Below, piece after piece: positions 35,896 through 50,925 of a stretch of DNA of 64,000 bases. The DNA lies in assembly GCA_051362555.1 (NCBI GenBank), contig CM120642.1:17980001-18044000 (forward strand), given 5' to 3'. Each line of letters opens with the position of its first letter. The stretch's first letter is position 1. The DNA is from Lingula anatina (lineage: Eukaryota; Animalia; Brachiopoda). The translations under genes were made by a program, and so were the position numbers. The notes under the pieces were generated by a model, which did not search any database, was not told the origin of the DNA, and saw nothing but the letters and a program-made list of their open reading frames with translations.

Positions 35896-38800
35896 GAAAA
35901 AATGAGATAAAAAAAGAAAAAGAAAATATTACACAAACAATTATTTGCATAACAAGTTGTTTTTTATCTAATGAAAAAGGCATTGTAGAATGGCACAAGG
36001 ACTAAAAATAATACAAGTATGAAGAATGTGTAGCCAGTAATATCAAACATATGTCCATAAAAACGTCTGTTAATCAGATAACCATTTCACCCATTGTTTT
36101 TGGCAATAACATGCACTGTGAAACAACAAAGTAAGGCGGTCTCTTTCATCCAATTGAAGCTTTGGTAGGGACTGTCCAACTGTTCAGGGACTATCTCCTT
36201 ATTTTTTCACATAATTAAGCATCATTTTAATTAAAGACATTACCTCGTTAAGGGCGGCTAAGTACTTGTAGGCTTTTCTCACACCCTCATCTTTCTTGGC
36301 ATCCTACAGTAAAATGATAATACTAATATTAAGACCAGGAATTACATAGAAACAATCCTTACTGTAGAGCATTTGATGTTTTTTATAACAAAGCAACATA
36401 ACATAACGTAAGATAAGTGTTAAAACAAAGATGTACATCACAAATATAAGTACTGTACAAAAAATAGTCTAAGAGAAAAAGTATAACAACTTTAAGAGAG
36501 AGATAATTGATGTATAATACATATAGATTGTGAACTATAACAAACACAAAAGCATAACACTAGTATTGGTAGAAGTATACTATTAACATAAAGAGAATTC
36601 TAACAGTCCTCACCCTGAAGATGACTTCATCTGTTACTCTGAATGTCCTGTCCAGTTTACCAGTGAGTTGGTTAATCTCCTTCTGGATTGACCGTGTGTC
36701 TATTAAAACCTGCAAACAACAATGTTTTCCCAATTTAAATGATAGACCACATAAGTCTGGCTCTAGAAAAATCTGAACATGTCTCTTATGGCCAAACACT
36801 TAATCAGCAGGAAATCCTGCAGTTGCTGTAGGCAACATCAAAACTGAATTAAAAATCTCAGAAATCCATAATTCAGCAGAAAAAAGCCGTGCAGTACTTT
36901 CAGCAAACTTATAATAGTTATAACTACCAATGAATACCAACCTTTTCAATGTCCTCTTTCTGTCTCTTTATATTGCCAACTATTTCCATAATTCTCTTTG
37001 TGTAAGCTGACCGATTTACATCCTTGGTCATTCTTTCATACTCCGACATCTAATTAAGGCAAAGTAAGAAAATAAACATGCAACATTTGTATGTAAAGCT
37101 ACTTTAAATTCATTCACTGTGAAATATTTTGCTCATTTTTTTTACATGACAGGCTGTCGAAGATAAATTCTACTTACATAGCCATCATTGTTATAAACTG
37201 TGCAGTGTTTATTTAAGTTTCCTTTTAATCTACTACATAACAAATTTTGTTATGAGAATCATTACTGTTTACCTTAGTTTTTCAGAAAAGTGACATCTAC
37301 ACCTTAACAAATAAAATAAGTCCTACCAATTGTTTACAAAGGTCATCCTTGGCTCTGGTTTCGTCGGCAACTTCTTTCATCTTTTCTCTAAGAACTCTAA
37401 TCTCCTCTAACTTCTTTTGAGCTTCAGACTGGAATCACAGTGGTATATTTCAAATTTTATTGCACAATGGGTTATGTGAGCTTTTCTTATAACAGTTCTT
37501 ATAACTAACTAGAGATAAGCACTGACTGCTGACTGTGTCACTAAATGATAAAAGTTATGAAATAAATAACCTGCAACTAAAACCCTGCAAAATTTTGAAA
37601 TATTACAAATTTGGAGTAAAATTACAATAGCAACCTTTACCCTTTCTGTTAATTAATACAGTCAAAGCTGTATTTGATCATTTATGCTTTCCAGTTAATT
37701 CATGGTCCCAACATAAAGCAACCGCCACGATCACTTTAGTTTCTGGCATTCTCTTTTTAAAATATCTCTGTTGATATCACAGTGATCAGACATCCTGATC
37801 ATTACAATTATCAAGCATGGCAGACAGGAAACAGACAATGCTTAGCAGTCGGATTTATAAACCCATTTCCATATTTACTATAGCAGTCGGATTAATACAC
37901 CCATTTCCATATTTACTAACTGCTAACAAACATGAATTGCAATTAAATTTTAAATGTCAAATCTCATCAACGATTTAGTTTCTATTTCACTCACCACTCT
38001 GTTCTCGTTGAGTTCCTTCACCTCCCTGTATTGCTGTATCAGTGGAGCACGATGCTTCTCCCACTGGCTGGCTAAGTTGACCAATCTCTGGGCACTACTG
38101 TCCACCACGCTCTGAAATACCCAGTAGAGCATGAACTTTATATCAGACATGAGTCTAGGTTAAGAAAAAAAAAAAAAAAAAACTCTGAACATTTATTGAA
38201 TATCAGTCAAGACGAACCTCAGGAACCATCAGAATAGAATTAAAAAACGCGGAATTCCGCATTTACACGGAAAAAGCTCATGTCTGTTATACTGACAAAT
38301 GTTAATCTGATTCAATAAAACAAATGAACTTTTCTTGGTCAGGTGCTTTCTGTTAATTACACATGTACTTGGGTCAACTTGTCACTGTCATATTGGTGAC
38401 ATTTGTTACAATTTTGTTATCATTATCTTTGAAAAAACAGGCACAATTTCAGATCACTGTTGCTAGGCACAGTTCACATTCAAGTTAACTACTGTGCTGT
38501 TACAATAGATGCTTATTTCAGATGTTATGTTTGACATTCAGTGGTCAGTGCATTGAAAGAAACTGAATTAGTTTTTTTTTTATTCCATAAAGAGTTAATA
38601 CATGGTATCAGCACACTTATGGTTTCAAATATTTCCAATGACAGTCTGTTAAATGTCAACATACCTGAAGCTTGACAATGTTGTTCTCGGCATCTGGCAG
38701 TAAATCTAGGGTCCTTTTTTTCACTTTATACGCCTCCTCTTTCTCCTTATTCTTTCTCTTCTCCAGGCCTATCTGCTCCTCCATCTGACAGAGATAAATA

Positions 38801-41468
38801 GACCACTTTTAGCATCAAGGCATAAAAAAATTTTAAGCACATGTAAAACACAATTGCTATATTCGGTAATACCTGTTGACAAACAAGTCTGAAAGTAATA
38901 AATGAAATTTGTTCACATTCTACTGGGATTCTGTAATAAAGAGTAGTATACGTGAGATGCATCTGTGTTGGGGCACATCTCCTTTTAATTATTTTTTTCA
39001 TTGAACTATAACTCTAACCTGGGATGAGATTTTTCCAACTAGCGGCAGATTTTTGATGCTTCGATTGCCAAAGGTCTCATCCCTGAGTAACAGAAGAAAA
39101 GAGGACACATTCAAAAAGAGGACACATGCCCCAACACAAATATATGATGTCATGTATACATGAGGCTGACATGCTCATGCTTGCACCTGCACGCACATGC
39201 TCAAACATGCTTACATTACCTGCTGCATGTTAGCATTGAATTTCTTCATATCAAGCTCCAGATTTTCCAGTTTTGATGTCAGGCCCCCCAGCTCATCTCT
39301 CAACTGTTGGACTTCATCTTCTCGCTTTTTCTGAAGCTCCTAAAAATGAAAATTAATGTCTATTTTATCATGTGAAGCTTTAGTGAAAAATAAATCAAAA
39401 CTACATTTCTATTTCAACTTTCATTCTGATTTCTAACAGTGATGATTAAAGATCTTCATCTTTCATATTTTGCAAAAGACTTTTAAATTATGTAATCCAA
39501 TATTATATAATAATCTTTATTGAGCACTATAATGTGTACACGTTACATTTTACAGGCTCTCTACACTAGTCATAACAACTTAACAATAATTATACAAATC
39601 TATACAAATACTTATTGAATGATTACTGGGAAGCAGCACAGAATAAACGACTATTGCTATTGATGGGTGTGTCAGTTATACATAGATTTAATGTAAGAAG
39701 CTTCATTTTGTTACAAAAAAGTAACTGCATATTACATCATTTGCTTGTAATAAAACTGAGAACATATTATCACAATAAATATATCCACATTCAATGAGAA
39801 GAAAACAAAGTACCACCAAAATGTCCATGACTAAAATGTACCAAAAATATATTTAGTCAACTGGCATTTCAATAAAGTAATAGACACAAAAGAATTACAT
39901 AAAATGCACTTTTCTGTACCTCTTCTGTTTCAGCTTTTGGTCCTTCTACACCAATCTGTGCAGCAGCTTTTTCTGCATCCTGTCGTTACATACACATATA
40001 CAATACAGAAAATGAAATATAACATATGTCACTAAACCACCGATATTTATGGAGAAAATATTCTAAAACATTTAAAAGAAAAAAAGTAACAATGATCATG
40101 ATAATTTCAAAATATAATAAGCACAACATACATTATCAAATTTCACATTTCAACACCATATTATTAAAATAGAGAGCAATTTAAAAAGAAAAAAACAAAG
40201 ACAATTGGTATTAGCAAGAAAAACCTATTAATGATGCAAAAAAAAAAAAAAATTAACAATATTATTCAAAAGCAATGAAGTAACATGTATTTCAAAGCTC
40301 TGAAACCTATCTAAAGAACTTTATGCATCAATAACATACCAGTAATTAATAAGTTTTAAATTTACATGGTTTTAACTGAATAACAGGTGTAAGGACATAA
40401 TAAAATACAAGCAGTCACTTATAAAAAAACATACAAACAAATAATATTTAATAACAATTAACAATATGTTCTTCATACCTGAGCAAATTGTAGTTTCTCT
40501 GTGTGTGTGAAACGGGACCCCTTTGTCTTAGAAGTTGCAGCCCCTTTATCACTCATTGAGTTCACAAGTTGCATGAGGTCTGCTGTTCCAGAAGCTGCTG
40601 CCTCCCCCCGCTGAACACCCTGCCGCAACTGGTCAGCAATCCGCTTCTGCAGCCTTTGTTTCTTTCTTGCTTTGTACTCCTGATAGAAAAGATTATTAAA
40701 AACCTGTCAAGAAAACTATTGGACCATAGCTTAAAATGTATGATGATTTTTATTTTCATCTTGTTAATGTAGAGATAGTTAATATACGATTGCCATGTTG
40801 CTGTTTACAATATCATTCAGGATGTGGCAGTGAACAGAAGTGCAAGGGTGCATTTAGTATGAAATTATTGTACTAGGTAGAATGACCTAATTCTCGCTGA
40901 ATGCAATCAGATTAACATGTCTCCTCTTGTTTCTAATGTACTCGCATAATCTCCAGTTTTTCTGTATTCTACTCAATGCCAGGAGGAGGCATGTTAATCT
41001 TTTTAATCTTATTGCCTTCAGCGAGAATCCCCATGGAGTTAGTTTGCAATACTGGTACATAGTACCTTAGGGAGCATTCCCAGAGATTTAGATCGATCCA
41101 GAGATTTAGATTTAGATTGACCTAACTCCCTGGGGGTTCACGTTAAATTGCAGTCAGCCAAGCACGCAACATAGTTAATTATCCCTTACAGCTTTTAGTA
41201 GGTGGGACAGACGCTCGAGCCAGCTAAGCAGACAGTAATCTAGTGAGACTACCCACAGGGATAGATCGATCTAAAATCTATGGGAATGGGGTCTAAGTTT
41301 CATTGTGAATGCACCCTCAGACATAAGAAGCAGGAGACGGCAATGGAAAGAGACCTGAAAGAAAAACCTTTATAAAGGGACCAGCATGACAACCTAGAAT
41401 ACAACATTTCTCTTTGGCTCTGTATACATACCAGTAAGCCTGTGTTCTGCAATTGTTTAAACATGCAC

Positions 41469-41505
<37 letters not shown>

Positions 41506-43585
41506 CGCTATCATATCACTTCTTTAAACCATTTATTTCATGCTGTTTCACATTACTTCTACTTGTTTACCTGTTGCGTGAGACGTGAAGCTAGACCCTG
41601 CTGGTTCCATTCCAACTCCCACTCCTGCTGTGATGTCACTTCCTGCGCATTCTTCTCCAGCAACGATGGCGCTAGTTCATGTTTGTGAAGTGGCTGACTG
41701 CTTACCAATGGCAAATCTTTGCTATAATAGGCTTTGATTTCTGCAATGTTTAAGTTTATTACAAGTGGTCAGGTATCGATTTATCTCTGTATTGTTATCA
41801 TGGGTTATCAAATTTGCAATGTGTCATTATCTCAGAAATGTCAGAAGTTATCATTAGTATTGCAGGGATTTCAATTTTATCTTTGAAATACTGAAATCAA
41901 TCATTGCAGATGAGATATGGAATAAGTCAAAAATGAGGGCAATTTCACATTGAGTTTTATATCTCAGTATTCCACCTGTTGTGGCAAATTTTTAAGAGGT
42001 TTATCATATAATTATGCTGCAGGGGTCAACTCTTTTTTTACCAGTTTGTTTCTACCTGTAAACCTGTATCTACCAATTGTTTATTATTTAATAAGAGAAT
42101 CTCTTCCAACAAAACTTCTCTATTAAGCTGTAAATCTCTCAAAAACATACTAGTACTTGTTAGATATGATGCTTGCTGTGAAAAAGCCTTGACAATGGAC
42201 CAAACATACATGTAGTGCAGGGTCATTGAAGATTTTTCAAAGCAAAAACTACTGACAGTTCCAGATATTAAGCAATCAAATTTGAAAAGATTTTCAGTCA
42301 CAGAGTCAGTATTAGTCGTAATCATGGGTAGATGGAGGCTGTCTTCTGGGTTTTCCAGAAGACGTTCAGAATATCAAGTTTACATTGATGGGCATCTAAT
42401 TTTTTTCTGTCTGAAGATGATTAAAAATAGAGGATCATTTGGAAGACTGTCAGCAAATATCTCTGGATTTGCCCCTGGTAATATTCAAAGAAGTGTAAAG
42501 AGGAAGTTACCTTTGGGAATTTTTTTGCTCAAGTCCCCGCAACCTGTTGGCACGGTAACAGCTCTGGCAAGAAATCTGTGACTAGCACTGCACCCCTGTT
42601 ACCATGGAAACAATGTTCTGGGTTATAGTACATGTAGCATTTTATTTCAGACAATAATTACTTTTTCCACATAAATATATTTTATAAAGTCAATCATATA
42701 TGCTTTACTTCACTTAGCTATGGAGTTAAAACAAACAAAAAATATACAGACAAAAATTTCTATGCAAGTATTAGGTTAGAGAACAAAATATTGGGTCAAT
42801 AGATATAACAAGAAACAACCGGAATATTTCAAGTATTAGTGACCTGGATGTAATAAAGCTGACATTCTGCTTGACTCTTTATGACAAAGAACAAACGTCG
42901 TTCCAAGATTTAATTTTTTCTACTGATTTACTGGTTTTCTTGTTTGTTTGTTTTTTACCTCATAGAGATAAAGACATTCCACCTTACCTCTCTGACTAGA
43001 CCAGCTGGTTTGCCCCTGAGAACTAAATTATTTGTTTTACAATATGGGGGACTCCACGGGCCGCTTAAACGCCTGGCAAGCTCAGCCGAGATAGCTCTTT
43101 GGAGTAAAAGTGAAGCACCTTAGAAACAAAAGTGAATATTAACATCAAAACAAAAACAAAAAAGACATTTTGATAGTAGATGATTAACATTCACACAATG
43201 CAAAATAATGCCTCGTCTATTTTTGATAAAATTCACTATGCCAAGAAAACCTTGAATCCCTTGAAAACAGGTAGTGTAATCTGAATTTGGGATCATTTGG
43301 TGCAGAGTCTGGTAGTTGGGTAGGCCTGTCCTTCCAACTTTTCTTTTCACAGTCAATAACCTAAAAACTTCTCATAAACAGGCCCTTACCTAATGTTTCT
43401 TCCACTGCCTCTCCACTTTCCCTGGGCAGTTTATCCACCAGAAACATGAACACCCTCCTGATGTCAGCTTCATTGGAATAAAGGAAGGTTTGGTAGCCTA
43501 TCTCTCCCCGGTAACCAAGGTCCTGAAATAAGGATAATGATAGATATATTTATAACCTATCTCACCTCGGTAACCAAGGTCCTGA

Positions 43586-43638
<53 letters not shown>

Positions 43639-44930
43639 TACTTATAATTATAGAGTTCTTTAACATTATGCTATACATTCATCTCAGGGCTATGTACAGT
43701 ATAACTTATTAAAACTTAAAATTGTAAAATATACTCCTAAAATAACCAATAAAAATCCTTAAATAAATCACTAAAAGTATGGATAATACATTAAAAATTT
43801 GAAAGCATACCAATTAAAATTAAAATAAAATACTCAATTACATAAAATATCATATCCAATTAATGTTTATACACTTATTTGAAGATACTGGAATACTATA
43901 ATGTTATACCAAATGATTATCTGAAAGATATCAAAATCCATTTGTTTTGTAAGCAAAGCATTACTTGAGTCTCTGTGTTTCAATTGTGGAGTAGCATATC
44001 AGCCTTTTTTGTTGATTCAGATCAACAGGGAACGTATAACTTCTGTTCATCCATGTCTTAAAAATATACACTGAGAAGGTGCAATGGTTAAACCATGCAG
44101 AATTTATACAACCGTTTAAAGTTAATTTCTGGTTGGTATATAAACTGAACTATTAAGCTTATTAATGATCCTTTTCCCTGTGGACTTGACATGGCAGACT
44201 TACTGTTAAGGCTTGTGCTAACGTCGTGCCCAGTCTGAAGCGTGCTGACATGCCAGGTGGCAAACTGGTGGGCAGCTCCGTCAAACCACTGATCACGCGG
44301 AGACATTTTACTGCAGCCTCTACTATCACCTCTGTATTGAACTGGTGTAAGCTTTCTACGCTTTCATCTATGGAACTGAAAAGAATTTATAATTATTCAA
44401 AGACAGCTGTTTAATCAGCTACATTCCCAAATAATCAAAATGTGCTGATTTTCATTCTCAGTAATCAGATGTACCTTATTTGGCAGAAGGGTATATTTTT
44501 AGGGGGGAGGCGACCTACCTTTTCTGAACTTAATAAAGGGCAATAAAATCATCATAAGCCAAAAAATGGATACTATACTTGTTGTATAACTAACATTTTA
44601 AACATGAAAGTGAACTTCAAGTGATTTTGTCACAACCGGTGAGAAATACCACGACAAAAATGGGCCACATATTCCTTGGTACAGCGGCACTGTTGCGTTG
44701 ATGCATGTTGTACGCCGACCATTCAACAGACCGCCGACAGGAACTCTCGGTTTGAAACGTGCATTATCATATTACATTGCCGTCCCAGAGCTCCCTTGAT
44801 GCGTAAAAACAAGAAGTGCTATCAAGACAATTATATTTTTTTCTATGACAGATGCATCAAACTTAGACACGATATCTTACCATCCTATACTTCGTAAAGA
44901 GTGGATAATGATGTTATCCACCTCCTCCAT
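34302..44930 (-). CDS. CCDC22: Coiled-coil domain-containing protein 22 (CCC/Commander complex)
   Basis: Start [16 protein letters not shown] (44930); exons encode [84 protein letters not shown] and [13 protein letters not shown]; ends ...LIAKLKGK-stop (34302); about 17 GT-AG exons. Confidence 0.95.
37843..37918. repeat. 38-bp tandem duplication in a CCDC22 intron
   Basis: TAGCAGTCGGATT.ATA.ACCCATTTCCATATTTACTA at 37843 and 37881. Confidence 0.9.
41032..41288. mobile_element. Overlapping small inverted-repeat elements in a CCDC22 intron
   Basis: CATGGAGTTAG (41032) / CTAACTCCCTG (~41122), and CATTCCCAGAGATTTAGATCGATC (~41076) / GATCGATCTAAAATCTATGGGAATG (~41264-41288). Confidence 0.5.
41465..41506. 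repeat. (CA)n microsatellite
   Basis: Visible run; another (CA)n lies at ~50892-50925 and a (TA)n at ~35861-35891. Confidence 0.92.
43587..43636. repeat. (TAA)n microsatellite
   Basis: About 16 units next to a duplicated splice acceptor. Confidence 0.95.
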
Positions 44931-45285
44931 TTTGCACTGTCATGTGACTTGGAATTCATCTCGCATGGAATAAATAAAAATACATCATTTCTATGTGAGT
45001 GAGATATCATAAAATCTTGAAATAAAATTGAATGAAAGTGGTAAATTTTCTGTGGATTTTATAGACTTTTATTTGCTAAAATGAGATAATATTCGTTTTT
45101 GTGACGTCATAATAAACTCCGTGCCTACTTTGTTTACAGTAATGGCGGATTGCTCAAAATGTTTGTTGTGAAGGTCGTTGACCGTTTGGTGATGAATCTA
45201 TCTTATTCATTTAACTTAGTCGGTTATATTGACCAGTGAAATAACTTAACAAAGAAAGAGTGAATAGAAATTTTAATTTTCAGGA
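44931..45285. promoter_or_regulatory. Bidirectional promoter CCDC22/SCLT1
   Basis: Divergent start codons 355 bp apart; GTCATGTGAC E-box (44939), TGACGTCA CRE (45102), AATGGCGG YY1-like motif (45141). Confidence 0.7.
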
Positions 45286-48200
45286 ATGGCGTCCGAAGAA
45301 ATGAGCTTTTTACGCGATCAAGGTAGCGTCTAACCTTTCATTCATTTAGTTAAACAGAATATGTTTTTGAACACTTGTTTTCTGTAATTTAACTGTGTAA
45401 GAAGATTAACGGAGGAATAAAGATAAAACATACCTTGCAAATTTGGTTTCTATGCCCTCTGAATAAGGATACCGTCAGCTTCATCTTGCCTGCCTTGGGA
45501 TTAGAGGTCCTTTGTCTGAATCTTTTAAAAGGTTTCACCTACCAGTAGCTTTTTCTGTGCTTTTTTGCGTTAGAATTTAAATGGAGCAGATGTAGTTATG
45601 TCAGTGAAAAAGATTATATTTGAAACACTGTGGTTGTTCAACAAAATCTATGTTTACAAATATGTACAGTTCAAATATATCGCTGTCTATTTTCCTTCCA
45701 GTGAGACGGTTGAATGATGTCCTCAGCCAGTATCAGTCTCAGTATCCTCCTCTAAGTCTACAGCCAGTAAGTCTTGTCTAATTGAAAAACTCAAGTTTGA
45801 TTAAAAGACATGCAATAGATACAAAATTTTGCTGCCATGGAAGATGGGTTTAAATAATAAAAAATGTCTTTTATTACAAAATGTAACAAATGCAGTCTAA
45901 TTGGTTCGGTAGATCTAGATGCTGCAAATACATTGTCTGTAGTGCTTTGCAATTTATTTCTTATGTGCTCTGTATTATAGAATGTTTTATTTATTCTAAG
46001 TAAACAGCAAGTGATGCTATTGAATTATAATCTGTCCACATACTAGTTGGTTTTCTAGCTCAGCTGTGCTTTGGGAGACCATGTCTGTCTCTTTCAGAGG
46101 AGTCATCAGAGACAGGTTGCAGCAAGTTGACATAAATGGTTATAGGTCATGTTAATGAGCTATGTCAATGTTTCGTTTTTAGGGAAAAGGCAGTGATGCT
46201 TCTCCACCTTGGTTTTCTGATAAAAGGTAGGTGCATCAGAAATTAAGAAAATTATTGATGTTGAGAGAAGTTGATTTTGTTCAAATTATCTTTCTCGAAG
46301 GTTTTTATAATGGTGTGCAATAACATTCAAGGTCTCACTTATTGATTTTTTTCCTGGTGTATTTCAGCTTGTTGTCACCTTTAGTGGTGGAATATGACAG
46401 TGTAATTCAACAGCTTAGGAGAGAGATTGAACGCTATAAGGTAGTCAATTTATATTCTAGTGTTTTAAGTTTGAAATTCTCAAATTCTGATTCAGATGTA
46501 CTTTTTACCTCTTGCTACCCCCTCCTCTCTCTGTCTTTCTCTCTCCCCCCTCTCATTTCTCTCTCTCTCTCTTTCTCTCTCCTCATTTTCATCTATTGTT
46601 CTTCACTGAGTATTTTTCTCATTCATAAAATTTTTCTTTCACCATTTTAGGGAGAAATTGGAGAACTTAAGTCACATCTAGAGAGATTGGTATCTGAAAA
46701 CAAAAGGTAGGAGGAATGTTCTCAAAGAAACAGTGCTTCATCTTTATCATGGTGAAAAGATATACCAAGTTTAACATTAATTTATATCAGGGGGGTATGG
46801 GAAAAGTGTTATGAATAACTGTAGCATTGCTGATTTCTTTGAATTAAAATTTATTTGATAAGGAAACATATATCATTGTATTTTCAATTTTCATTCTTCC
46901 CAGGCTGACAAGGGAGTTGAAGGAGAATATTCAACATCAGTTAGAGGACTTTGATTCAGAGGCCTTGAAGCCAAGCACTGGAGAAGATGATGAGGTTTTG
47001 GAAAACCTACAGCAGCAAATCATGGCTGCTTTACAGGTATTAACTAGTTTTTCTTTTTGTTGTAAGATGTCTTTTCTGGAAACATGTTGTTCAAATTGAC
47101 AGATTTATAGAACAATCATTTTGACAAGTTGAATTTAAACAATACAATCATCTAATCTTTGCTTACCCAGCATTGCCATCTTTGGACTCTTCCTTTGTGT
47201 TACTTTTATAATGCTTTAAATTTGCAAACAGTTGACATATCAGACATTTCATAAGCAGAATTTTACAAGTACCAGCTTCTTGTTAGCAAAACAAAACAGT
47301 CCGTAATACTGATTTGCCAACTTTATACTTTATAGAGTTGGTCAATCTGTTGCTTATCAAATTTAAAAAAAATCACCCAAAAATAGATTAATTAATTAAT
47401 TAATAATAGGGATAAAAAGCAAAAAGAAACGGATGTGCCAATAAGTGCTGAGATCAGTGAGACCAATTACATTTCCATATTTTTGTACTGTGATAGGAGA
47501 AGGAGTCTGCCGTTCAGATGTGGCAGGAGGCGTGTCAGGAGGTGGAACGCCTGGAACAGCAGATTGAGGACTCCAGAAATGATCCACGATTTAGACATCT
47601 GGAGACACAGGCAATGGCGGTGAGTTGAAATTTCAAATGTGTTAATATCTAATAGTGCAAATGAGTTGCAATCTTATCCTTAGTTTTAACAAGAATACTT
47701 TAGGCTGGAATTTGGTTGACTCGAGGCCACCAGATTGATAAGCAAGTGTTGCCACTTCTGCACCAAGAAAAAAATCATAGGCATACTTTTCTAAAACATC
47801 TCCAGTGGAACTGTCCCAAAGTATTTTTACTTCTATAACACCCTTTCTCCTTTCAAACCTTTTTCTTTTCATTAACTTAAAATTTAACTAAATTGGTAGG
47901 CACAAGTTTTCCAGTAAAATGTAAGAGATGGAAAAACAATGTATATTAGGCTTGGGTTTATATTTAATGTTACTTATTTATAAGTTTGTCCTGTTTTAGG
48001 TGAAGGAGCAGTATACCAGAGCAGTGGCAGATTTGACTGCTGAAGTGCAATCCCTGCAGGAACAGCTGAGGTATAAACAATTGATCAAAGAAACTGATTA
48101 AAGAATTTAAAGAAAGGTACTAGTATAGTCTGTGAAAAAAAATACATGTTGCAGTTTTGGACTTTTTACCATTTGTTACTGTGTGGTCCTATATGCATTC

Positions 48201-50890
48201 AAAGATGGGTCTTCATGAACCTTCCCCAAAAGAATATAGCCACCAAGTCATAATTGCAATAATATCCCTACGATGAAGATTTTTAACAAATTGCATTAGT
48301 GACCCTGTGCAGAGTTACTCACAGCAACCAGTATATATTAAAATGTTGTATTTATTGTCAAATACAGGTTTTTTAATATCAATTGTTGCAGAGTTAGCAA
48401 GAATGAGGGTAGAACAGCCAACATGCAGGCAGCAGAACTGCGGCAGACACTGGAAGTCTTGGGACAAGAACTGCTGAAGAGGGAACAGGAGAGAGACGAC
48501 GCAATCCGTAGAGTAGGGACATCTGACAGCAGGGAGACGGAAATGAGGGAGATTATAGTTGAACTAGAATCAAAGTTAGTTCATATGTATATTTTTTTAA
48601 TTTTGGTGTCATTCAATTCCAAGTGCTAATTATTACTATACAGTTTAATTATACTGTGTATTACATGTGGAATTTGATTTGCTTGAAAGAAAAGCTTTAA
48701 TACAAACTCATACTGATATTTGTACATTGTGCACTGAAACTTCATTTGCAAAAATCAAGATGTAAGAACTCTCTTCAAGGCTTATCTAAAATATAATTCA
48801 GATCAATTGTGGCAGACATCACAGAATAACAATGAATTGATTTTTCACTTATTTTGATGAAATGATACTTCATTTTTGGTTTGATCTTTTAGTATATTTT
48901 CAGTATTTGTGTTTGTATTATAGATTGTCTACCCAGAACTATGAGGTGGATCAGCTTAAAAAGGACAAGACAGAACTGGACCAAAAACTAACAGAGCTTC
49001 AAAAGAAAAAGTGAGAAAATGTGGTTTTGAAATACTTATGTATTTTAAAGTCATCTTTCATTATTGTACTTATGTTATTTGAAAATAGTGTTATAATAAT
49101 ATTATATCATTTTTTTTTACAATTTGAATTGGCAATGTGAAGACATGTGGCATTTTGTAAAGACTAATAAATCAGTGAGAAATAAATCATAGAAGCAAAT
49201 TAAATTTGAAAGATTTATGGTAAATTTCATTAATATTATTTTTAAAAATCCCTTTCAGTTCTGATCTGGAGCAAAAGGAGTATGAATTTCATTTGCAAAA
49301 CAGGGAGAATGTTCAAATGGCAGAGAATGCTTTGTTAGAAAAAGATCAGGTATGAAATTAACCCATCTTTTTCTCTTTCAGTTTCAATAAAATTATTGAT
49401 TAATAATATCTAAATAGTTATTTCAAGCAAGATTATATAATTTGATTGTCGCTGTTTGAAAAAATTCTTTAGGGAGCCAGTTTTGATAGATATAATATTC
49501 TGGGGAAAATGTAAATCAAAGAAATAGCGATTTTCTTTGCATTTGCAAGGTTTTTAGTGGATTAAATACAAATGCTTTAAGCCTGTTTGGTCATTCTTCC
49601 ATCTTTCCTAGGCTCTGCTCAGAGAACAGCAACAAACAGAAGAAAACCAGAGACTACAGGACCAGATGAGTAAACTGATAGATGAGGCTGGCCTCAGGAC
49701 CAAGAAAGAGGTTAGTAAACTGGGAGATCAGTGCCATGCCAGTAGGTCTTAGTGATATGTGTGTGTATATATACTGTGGTTGTTTATTGTGGCTGATATA
49801 AAAAATCCCTTGTGTAATGAGTTTGATGGTGTTGTTGGAAAAGGAAAGAAAAGAAAAAAATAAGCAAGAAAAAATGGAACATGCACATGAAAAATAAACA
49901 AATAAAAGAAGAAAAAAAAACATTGAAGGCTGTTTGAATCAGAAAAATGACTAAAATTCTTATCTACTAAGTTATATAATATATACAATTAAAGTATCAA
50001 ATTAGGAAAAAGTGACATAAAGCAAGGAGCTGAGTCTCCCTTTTTTCTTTCAGGTGGAAAATATCCGTAAGCAGTGCAATAACAATATTGCTAAACTCAT
50101 GGAAGAACTTCAGAATATGGAAATGGTAGGTTTTAGTACAGACTTTGAATACTGAAAGGCATACATTCACTTATTTTTATACACATAATTTTATAGGCAA
50201 CAACCTGGATCACTTGCAATATCTTACACATGTATATTGTATTGCACATACAAACAATCTGTAATATACCATTTATGAGTAATAACAACATTTATTCATT
50301 CTAATTTATTGGAAAAACTTGCAGTGTCCTATATGTTTCACAGTCATAGGTTTTTATTTAGTGAGTTAACCTGAAAAGAACAACTCATTAATGTTCTTAC
50401 TGTCTTTTTTTCCCCTCTTTTTAGGACAACAGTGAGAAGCAAGCCCAGCTTGAAAGAGCTATCAGAGAAAAGAGAGCAGTGGAGTCTGAACTAGAAAAAG
50501 TATGTTACAAAACTACATAGTGGTAACAAATATAAGAAATAATCCTTTATAATACTTCAGGCTTAATCCTTGATTATTTTGTCCACTGGGTTCAAACTTT
50601 TGTCTACACATCAAAGTGAAAATTTAGATTCATCCAGTTATAATATACTGAGATAATGAGAAAATAGAATCTAATACTGGATTTTATGTTGAAACGGATA
50701 TTAAAAGTCTATAAAGCGTTTACAAGAAAATAAATGACAGCAGATATCATTGATAGCATTGTTTGATTTACTGAATTGTCAGCTTCATATCTTCCTTCTT
50801 GTTACTTAAAAGGTTAAGATATAATTTTGATGATATAAATGACTAATTACTAATCAAAGCAACATGTCTGTGTAAAAACAGTGATGTGTT

Positions 50891-50925
<35 letters not shown>

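Noticed and set aside
38948-39158. Weak inverted repeat (TGTGTTGGGGCA / TGCCCCAACACA) in a CCDC22 intron
   Set aside because: Probably an old MITE, but ends and TSD could not be defined, so it is not reported as a feature.
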